From NCBI GenBank assembly GCA_964470615.1, contig CAYYDH010000002.1, positions 1 to 36,341 of the forward strand: DNA of 36,341 nt. Direction: 5' to 3'. The notes under the pieces are model-generated. The model saw only the letters and a list, made by a program, of their open reading frames with translations. It was not told the DNA's origin and ran no database searches. Numbering within the stretch: position 1 is the stretch's first letter; every line of letters starts with the position of its first letter. The position numbers and the translations under genes are program-made. The stretch is from an uncultured Candidatus Saccharibacteria bacterium. Its GTDB lineage: Bacteria; Patescibacteriota; Minisyncoccia; Minisyncoccales; GWA2-38-27. Of this stretch, positions 28,538 through 36,341 are shown in pieces.

Positions 28538-31330
28538 ATGGAAACTGATGTAATAAAAATACGTGGAGCAAGGGTTCACAATCTGAAAAATATCGATGTT
28601 GATATTCCCCGCAACAAACTCGTTGTTATTATCGGCATTTCCGGCTCCGGCAAATCTTCCCTTGCTTTTGACACCTTGTACGCTGAAGGCCAAAGACGCT
28701 ATGTAGAAAGCCTGTCAGCCTATGCTAGGCAGTTTTTGGGAATAATGGATAAACCTGACGTAGATAGGATTGAAGGAATCAGCCCGGCGATTTCCATTGA
28801 CCAAAGAAAATCCTCTCATAACCCTCGTTCAACTGTGGGTACGATTACAGAGATATATGACTATCTCCGGCTTTTGTTCGCCAGGATCGGTAAGCCTCAT
28901 TGTCCCAAGTGTGGACGGGTGATTGCCCATCAAACCGTTGGCCAAATAGTAAACCAGGTTTTGGCTCTGCCTAAAGGTTCGGAAATTACTATTTTAGGAC
29001 CCGTTATTCGTTCCAAGAAAGGCGAGCATAAAGGAACCTTGGAAGAAATACAAAGAGGCGGGTTTGTAAGAGCAAGGATAGACGGGATTATTTATCGGTT
29101 AGAAGAGGCAGTAGAAAAAGAGCTTGATAGAAACAAAAAGCATGATATTGAGGTAGTAGTAGACAGGCTGGTTTTGGACAAAGGATTGGAGCGAGCTCGG
29201 TTGGCCGATTCCATTGAAACTGGCCTGAAGCTTGGCAAAGGAATAGTTTTTGTCTCTCGAGCTGGCAAAAAGCCAGAAGATTTCACTTTCAGCGAAAGAT
29301 TCGCCTGCGAGCATTGCTCGATATCCGTGCCTGAACTGGAACCGCGTTTGTTCTCTTTTAACAGCCCCTACGGTGCCTGCCCCGAATGTACTGGTTTGGG
29401 CGAAAAGCTTGAGGTTGATCCAAAACTGGTTATGCCAAACCCCAATCTGACCCTGGCTGAAGGCGCAGTGATCCCCTGGATGCGGGCTTCTCACAAAGTT
29501 GGCAGACAAGGATATTATTGGTGGAAGCTTTCAGAGCTTGCTCAGAAGAATAACTTTTCTTTGGACGAACCGGTGAAAAACCTTTCTTCTAAAATTATCA
29601 ACCTTATTCTTAACGGCGACGGAAAGAGCTTTGAAGGCGTTATTCCTAATCTGGAAAGAAGATACCACGAAACCGATTCTGACTGGACTCGTCAAGAGAT
29701 TGAACAGTATATGGTAGTAAAAAAATGCCCCGAGTGCTTGGGTAAGAAGCTGAAACCCGAAGTTTTGGCAGTAACGGTTTTTGATAAATCAATCAGCGAT
29801 GTAGCAGAAATGCCCATCAATCAGCTAAAAGAGTTCTTTTCTAAGAGGCGCCAGGTTAAAAAATCTGAAGAAGAAATAATTCAGCCGATCGTAAAGGAAA
29901 TAATAAACAGAATTCAGTTCTTAATTGATGTTGGATTGGACTACTTGACCTTAGACCGGAGGGCGATGACTTTGGCCGGCGGAGAAGAGCAGAGAATACG
30001 TTTGGCAACTCAAATCGGTTCAAAACTTACCGGCGTTCTATATATCTTAGACGAGCCATCAATCGGGCTTCATCCTCGGGACCAGCATCGACTTATCGGA
30101 ACCTTAAAAAAACTAAGAGATTTTGGTAATACCGTGGTAGTGGTTGAGCACGATCCGCAGACAATCCGAGCAGCTGATTGGATTGTGGAAATCGGTCCGG
30201 GCGCAGGGAAGCACGGCGGCAAGGTTATTTTTGAAGGAACGCCAAAGCAAATCTTGAAGAGCCGCACTTTAACTGGAGATTATCTTTCTGGCAGGAAGCA
30301 AGTCGTGGTTCTCGGTTTTGGGGACAACAAGGCCAATGATCAAAAATTCCTGATTGTTAAGGGTGCCCAAGAACATAATCTTAAAAATATTGATGCAAAA
30401 ATACCTTTGGGCAAATTCGTCTGCGTTACCGGAGTTTCTGGTTCCGGGAAAAGTTCGCTAGTAAACGATGTTTTAGCTAAAGCTTTGCTGAAGAAATTTT
30501 ATCGCGCCAAAGACGAGCCTGGGAAATTTAAAGAGTTGTTGGGTGCAGAACATTTGAATAAAGTTGTGCTGGTTGATCAGTCGCCCATTGGTCGGACCCC
30601 GCGCTCCAATCCGGCTACCTATACTGGCGCTTTTGCCTACATCCGTCTGCTTTTTGCCAAGACAAGAGAAGCTAGAATTAGAGGATACACCCAGGGCCGC
30701 TTCAGCTTTAACGTCAAGGGGGGGCGTTGCGAGGCTTGCGAAGGCCAAGGTCAAATTAAAGTAGAAATGTATTTTCTGCCTGATATTTACGTTGAATGCC
30801 AAGAGTGTAAAGGCAAGAGGTATAACAAAGAAGCATTGGAAATTCAGTATAAAGGAAAGAACATTGCCGATATTTTAGAGATGACTATTGAGGAGGCGAT
30901 GGAGTTTTTCAAAAACATTCCAGGCCTTTATCAGAAAATGAAGACGCTTCATGAGGTCGGGCTATCATATATTCAATTAGGCCAGCCAGCTCCTTCTTTG
31001 TCAGGAGGAGAGGCGCAGAGAATAAAGCTGGCAGCCGAGCTTTCCCGCAAAGCAACCGGTCGCACCTTGTATATCCTAGACGAGCCGACCACTGGGCTTC
31101 ATTTTGAGGATATAAAGAAATTGGTTCAGGTTCTTAGGGGTTTAGTAGAAAAAGGGAACAGTGTTTTAGTTATCGAACACAATTTGGATTTGGTTAAAAA
31201 CGCAGATTGGATTTTAGACTTAGGGCCAGAAGGAGGGGACGACGGAGGCAGTGTTATTGCCGAGGGAACACCGGTTGAGATTGTGAAAAATAAAAAGAGC
31301 CATACGGGTAAGTTTTTGAAGGCCTCTTGA
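28538..31330 (+). CDS. uvrA: Excinuclease ABC subunit A
   Basis: There are two ABC ATPase modules ([23 protein letters not shown]; [13 protein letters not shown]). Signature motifs ([12 protein letters not shown]) and Zn-finger Cys clusters (CPKCG, CEHC...[12 protein letters not shown]...CQECKGKRY) are present. Confidence 0.98.
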   Translation: METDVIKIRGARVHNLKNIDVDIPRNKLVVIIGISGSGKSSLAFDTLYAEGQRRYVESLSAYARQFLGIMDKPDVDRIEGISPAISIDQRKSSHNPRSTVGTITEIYDYLRLLFARIGKPHCPKCGRVIAHQTVGQIVNQVLALPKGSEITILGPVIRSKKGEHKGTLEEIQRGGFVRARIDGIIYRLEEAVEKELDRNKKHDIEVVVDRLVLDKGLERARLADSIETGLKLGKGIVFVSRAGKKPEDFTFSERFACEHCSISVPELEPRLFSFNSPYGACPECTGLGEKLEVDPKLVMPNPNLTLAEGAVIPWMRASHKVGRQGYYWWKLSELAQKNNFSLDEPVKNLSSKIINLILNGDGKSFEGVIPNLERRYHETDSDWTRQEIEQYMVVKKCPECLGKKLKPEVLAVTVFDKSISDVAEMPINQLKEFFSKRRQVKKSEEEIIQPIVKEIINRIQFLIDVGLDYLTLDRRAMTLAGGEEQRIRLATQIGSKLTGVLYILDEPSIGLHPRDQHRLIGTLKKLRDFGNTVVVVEHDPQTIRAADWIVEIGPGAGKHGGKVIFEGTPKQILKSRTLTGDYLSGRKQVVVLGFGDNKANDQKFLIVKGAQEHNLKNIDAKIPLGKFVCVTGVSGSGKSSLVNDVLAKALLKKFYRAKDEPGKFKELLGAEHLNKVVLVDQSPIGRTPRSNPATYTGAFAYIRLLFAKTREARIRGYTQGRFSFNVKGGRCEACEGQGQIKVEMYFLPDIYVECQECKGKRYNKEALEIQYKGKNIADILEMTIEEAMEFFKNIPGLYQKMKTLHEVGLSYIQLGQPAPSLSGGEAQRIKLAAELSRKATGRTLYILDEPTTGLHFEDIKKLVQVLRGLVEKGNSVLVIEHNLDLVKNADWILDLGPEGGDDGGSVIAEGTPVEIVKNKKSHTGKFLKAS

Positions 31331-31361
31331 CAAATTCAAATATTTTACCAAAATAGTAATA

Positions 31362-31388
31362 TTATCACTTAAAAAACGCTAGTGCTAA
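31362..31388 (+). promoter_or_regulatory. CIRCE-like inverted repeat (HrcA operator) upstream of groES
   Basis: TTATCACTT-N9-TAGTGCTAA compares with the CIRCE consensus TTAGCACTC-N9-GAGTGCTAA at 7/9 and 8/9 positions with correct 9-nt spacing. It ends 4 nt before the groES ATG. Possible promoters are TTCAAA-16-TAATAT (31335-31362) or TTGACA at 31327-31332. Confidence 0.6.
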
Positions 31389-31392
31389 ATAT

Positions 31393-33304
<1,912 letters not shown>

Positions 33305-33326
33305 AAAATTACGACGTAAAGATTAA

Positions 33327-33354
33327 GAACCCCACCGTTTCAGCGGTGGGGTTC
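33327..33354 (+). terminator. 11-bp GC-rich hairpin after groEL
   Basis: gaaccccaccg (33327-33337) pairs with cggtggggttc (33344-33354) around a 6-nt loop. Only a short T-rich run (ttctt) follows. Confidence 0.5.
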
Positions 33355-33382
33355 TTGACACCGTTGTTTCGGAGGATATAAT
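33355..33382 (+). promoter_or_regulatory. Consensus promoter TTGACA-16-TATAAT upstream of greA
   Basis: Both hexamers are perfect (33355-33360 and 33377-33382). The -10 ends 42 nt upstream of the greA ATG. Confidence 0.7.
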
Positions 33383-33424
33383 TATAACTACATTAAAATT
33401 TTTGCCTGATAGTCGAAAACCTCT

Positions 33425-33895
33425 ATGCCAGATGAAAAAAAATTCTATCTAACAAAAGAGGGATTGAAGAAAGTAAAAAAGGAATATGAGTTCCTAAAGG
33501 AGCTTAGAGTAAGCAAAACCAAGGGAGATGTCCCGGGTATTTGGCAATCAGAAGACTTAAACCCCGAGTATCTTTCATTCCAAGAAGATCTGGATTTTAT
33601 TGAAAAAAGAGAGTCGGAACTGGAGGCTGTTATCAAAAACGTTGTTTTGATAAAAGCGCCTAAGGGTGATAAGAAAAAAGAAGTGGACCTTGGTGCTAAA
33701 ATTGCTTTGGAGGTTAACGGGGAGAAAGATGAATTTATTATTGTCGGCACTGTGGAAGCCAATCCTTCCCTAGGAAGGATTTCCAACGAGTCTCCGGTTG
33801 GTAAAGCCCTGTTGGGGCACAAAGCCGGAGACCTGGTGATTATTTCTTCCCCGATAAAGACGACTTATAAGATAAAAAAGATTTTCTATTCGTAA
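33425..33895 (+). CDS. greA: Transcription elongation factor GreA family
   Basis: It has an N-terminal coiled coil with an acidic tip region (SEDLNPEYLSFQEDL). The C-terminal domain motif is ISNESPVGKALLGHKAGDLV. Length is 156 aa. Confidence 0.85.
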   Translation: MPDEKKFYLTKEGLKKVKKEYEFLKELRVSKTKGDVPGIWQSEDLNPEYLSFQEDLDFIEKRESELEAVIKNVVLIKAPKGDKKKEVDLGAKIALEVNGEKDEFIIVGTVEANPSLGRISNESPVGKALLGHKAGDLVIISSPIKTTYKIKKIFYS

Positions 33896-33907
33896 TTTAG
33901 CAAAGTT

Positions 33908-33937
33908 CTCCGGTGTTCGCCGGAGGATTTTGTTTTT
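33908..33937 (+). terminator. Rho-independent terminator after greA
   Basis: ctccgg (33908-33913) pairs with ccggag (33920-33925) around a 6-nt loop and is followed by gattttgttttt. A TATAAT hexamer at 33950-33955 follows, ahead of the next gene. Confidence 0.65.
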
Positions 33938-33969
33938 CTTGAAGTGGGGTATAATAAAATAACCTAATT

Positions 33970-34605
33970 ATGCTCAGATCAATAAACAGTTTTATCAGGA
34001 CAATGGTTATAAGCGACTTTTTCCTTAACTACGGGTTGGGTTTGTTAGGTCCGATTTTTGCTCTGTTTGTCGCTCAGACAATAACTGCCGGCAGTACTGC
34101 CGAAGCCGCTAAGATAGTTGGTATTGCTTCGCTATTATACTGGATTCCCAAGTCATTTCTTCAGATTCCTGTCGGCCGCTATTTAGATAGAAATCACGGA
34201 GAAAGAGATGATTATTGGTTTATGATTTCCGGACTTTTGATAACCACGACAGTTCCTTTTGGTTATCTTTTTTCATCTCTTCCATGGCATATTTATTTTT
34301 TCCAATTTATCCAAGGAATTGGTATGGCCCTGGCTCTTCCGCCCTGGCTATCTTTATTTACAAAAAGACTTGATAAAGGGAATGAAGCGTTTGAATGGGC
34401 CACGGAAAGCACTTTTTTGGGCTTAGGCGCTGGTATTGGCGGGATAGTGGGTGGTACTGTCGCTGCCTTATTCGGCTTTAGAATTGTTTTTATGGGCGTG
34501 GGTCTTTTTTCCCTGCTCTCGGTTTTCATACTATTACTGCTTCGTAAAAAGGTTACCAAAGATCCCACCAGAACCATTCTTATGCCAGTTGAGCGTCCTC
34601 GTTAA
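33970..34605 (+). CDS. Six-TM MFS-like half-size membrane protein
   Basis: The 211-aa protein has about 6 predicted TM helices. An MFS motif-A-like loop (GRYLDRNHGERDD) follows TM2. Confidence 0.6.
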   Translation: MLRSINSFIRTMVISDFFLNYGLGLLGPIFALFVAQTITAGSTAEAAKIVGIASLLYWIPKSFLQIPVGRYLDRNHGERDDYWFMISGLLITTTVPFGYLFSSLPWHIYFFQFIQGIGMALALPPWLSLFTKRLDKGNEAFEWATESTFLGLGAGIGGIVGGTVAALFGFRIVFMGVGLFSLLSVFILLLLRKKVTKDPTRTILMPVERPR

Positions 34606-34608
34606 AGT

Positions 34609-36321
34609 ATGAAGAATAAAGAAATAGCGCGCTTGTTCTATAATATCGCCCGCTATTTGGAAATGGAGGAGGTTGCTTTCAGGCCCTATGCCTATCAGAG
34701 GGCAGCTTTGTCTTTGGAGGCTCTGGAAGAGGATATAGAGGATGTTTATAACAAGGGCGGTTTGAAAGCCGTAGAAGATATTCCCGGAGTGGGTAAAAGC
34801 TTGGCTGAAAAGATAGAGGAATATCTCAAAACAGGAAAGATAAAGTATTACGAGCAGTTTAAGAAGAAACTGCCTATTGATTTAGACGAGATAATTGCCG
34901 TGGAAGGAGTAGGGCCGAAAAAAGCAAAAGTTCTTTGGCAGAAACTGGGAGTGAAGAATATAAAAATCCTAGAACGGGTTGCCAAAGACGGGAAGATCAA
35001 AGGGTTAGAAGGTTTTGGAGAAAAGACAGAAAAGAACATTCTAGAAAGCATTGCTTTTTTGAAACGCGACCGAGGAAGATTTCTTTTAGGAGAAATTGAG
35101 CCTGTCGTAGAGGAGGTTTTAGAAAAGATAAGGAAAGTAAGGGGAGTAAAAGAAGCAAGCGTGGCCGGTTCAGTGAGGCGGATGAAAGAAACAATTGGCG
35201 ACGTAGATTTTTTGGCTGTATCCGAAAACCCAAAGACAGTGATGGATTTTTTTGTTTCTTTACCTGGCGTTGAAAAGATTTGGGGAAAGGGCGCAACTAA
35301 GGCATCAATCAGAATGAGAGAGGGTTTTGATATGGATTTAAGGGTGGTTTCAGAAAAAAGCTATGGAGCTGCACTTCAGTATTTTACCGGGTCAAAAGAG
35401 CATAATATTGCAACCAGGAAAATTGCCATGGACAAAGGGTTAAAGCTGAATGAATACGGATTGTTCAGGGGTTCCAGAATGATTGCCAGCCGAAGCGAGG
35501 TAGAGGTTTACAAAGCTCTTGGGCTGCCTTTTATTGTTCCTGAACTGAGAGAAGACAGGGGCGAGATTGAAGCCGGGCTGAAAGGAAACCTGCCAGCTAT
35601 AATCGGCTACGACGATATTAAGGGCGACTTGCATTGCCATTGCAATTGGGACGGCGGAGTAAATTCCATTGAAGAATTGGCTAAAATGGCTCAAACAATG
35701 GGCTACGAATACATTGGTATTGCCGACCATACCAAGTTCTTGAGAATAGAGCATGGCCTAGATGAAAAGAAACTGGAGAAGCGCAACAAAGAGATTGATT
35801 TGATAAACAAAAAGCTGGCTGGTTTCAGGATTCTGAAGGGCTGTGAGGCGAATATAATGGCTGATGGAACGATTGATATAAAAGACGAAGCGTTGGCAAA
35901 GCTGGATTTTGTTATTGCCGGTGTCCATTCCAGCTTCAAGCCGGATAAGAAACAAATGACAGAAAGGATTATCCGGGCAATGAAGAATCCGCACGTTGAT
36001 ATTATTTCCCACCCGACCGGCCGTCTTATCCAGAAACGCGATGAATACCAGATTGATTTCGATAAGATTTTAAAGGTAGCAAAAGAAACCGGTACGATTC
36101 TGGAAATAAACTCGTATCCAGAACGGCTTGATTTAAATGACAGGAATATTAGACGGGCCAAAGAAGCCGGGGTTAAGATGGCAATAAATACCGATGCCCA
36201 TCAAAAAGACCAGATGAGGTTTATTGAATACGGAATAGCTCAGGCAAGAAGAGGGTGGGCAGAGAAGGAGGATATCATAAATACCAGGTCCTTAAAGGGG
36301 TTATTAGGGTTTTTTAGGTAA
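34609..36321 (+). CDS. polX: Family X DNA polymerase with C-terminal PHP domain (PolX)
   Basis: HhH motifs (IPGVGKSLAEKI, VEGVGPKKAKVL), the nucleotidyltransferase core (GSVRRMKETIGDVDFL) and the PHP motifs (GDLHCHCNWDGG ... GIADH ... INTDAH) are present. Confidence 0.93.
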   Translation: MKNKEIARLFYNIARYLEMEEVAFRPYAYQRAALSLEALEEDIEDVYNKGGLKAVEDIPGVGKSLAEKIEEYLKTGKIKYYEQFKKKLPIDLDEIIAVEGVGPKKAKVLWQKLGVKNIKILERVAKDGKIKGLEGFGEKTEKNILESIAFLKRDRGRFLLGEIEPVVEEVLEKIRKVRGVKEASVAGSVRRMKETIGDVDFLAVSENPKTVMDFFVSLPGVEKIWGKGATKASIRMREGFDMDLRVVSEKSYGAALQYFTGSKEHNIATRKIAMDKGLKLNEYGLFRGSRMIASRSEVEVYKALGLPFIVPELREDRGEIEAGLKGNLPAIIGYDDIKGDLHCHCNWDGGVNSIEELAKMAQTMGYEYIGIADHTKFLRIEHGLDEKKLEKRNKEIDLINKKLAGFRILKGCEANIMADGTIDIKDEALAKLDFVIAGVHSSFKPDKKQMTERIIRAMKNPHVDIISHPTGRLIQKRDEYQIDFDKILKVAKETGTILEINSYPERLDLNDRNIRRAKEAGVKMAINTDAHQKDQMRFIEYGIAQARRGWAEKEDIINTRSLKGLLGFFR

Positions 36322-36341
36322 CTTGTTTTAGTTTCTGTTAA

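Noticed and set aside
28478-28693. 71-aa minus-strand ORF across the uvrA start and promoter
   Set aside because: It overlaps the uvrA promoter and the conserved UvrA Walker A coding region in antisense. It has no supporting signals.

Overview
This is a 36.3-kb window from a compact, gene-dense bacterial chromosome. It uses the standard code: TGA acts as a stop at 4327-4329, 18578-18580 and 31328-31330. About 28 kb is core housekeeping. On the + strand: rpoB-rpoC, ftsK, recA, trpS. Then a phosphohexomutase (-) and rpsF-ssb-rpsR (+). A tightly packed minus-strand gene string follows: uvrC, a DUF360/holin-like protein, secG, a family-5 solute-binding protein, a cupin-type glucose-6-phosphate isomerase, tRNA-Leu(CAG) and RNase J. 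The + strand then carries uvrA, groES-groEL (with a CIRCE-like operator), greA, a half-size MFS-like membrane protein and a PolX-PHP polymerase. Several near-consensus sigma70-type promoters and hairpin terminators are readable. Shine-Dalgarno motifs are largely absent, and two genes look leaderless. Gene content and architecture suggest a streamlined Patescibacteria/CPR-like genome: Wzy_C-TPR fusion, TM-anchored orphan SBP, cupin PGI, short UvrC and very short intergenic gaps. This placement is inference only. The one accessory-looking segment is the first 8.2 kb. It holds a >1200-aa tail-fibre-like repeat protein running off the 5' edge, which has a perfect internal duplication and ends in a Pro-Thr tract. 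Next come a small membrane-anchored protein, a signal-peptide-bearing parallel beta-helix protein and an O-antigen-ligase-family (Wzy_C) membrane protein fused to TPR repeats. I propose this as a candidate surface attachment / glyco-adhesin module. I saw no CRISPR array, transposase, integrase, reverse transcriptase, toxin-antitoxin pair or recognisable defence system. All homology statements come from motif recognition by eye, not from searches.
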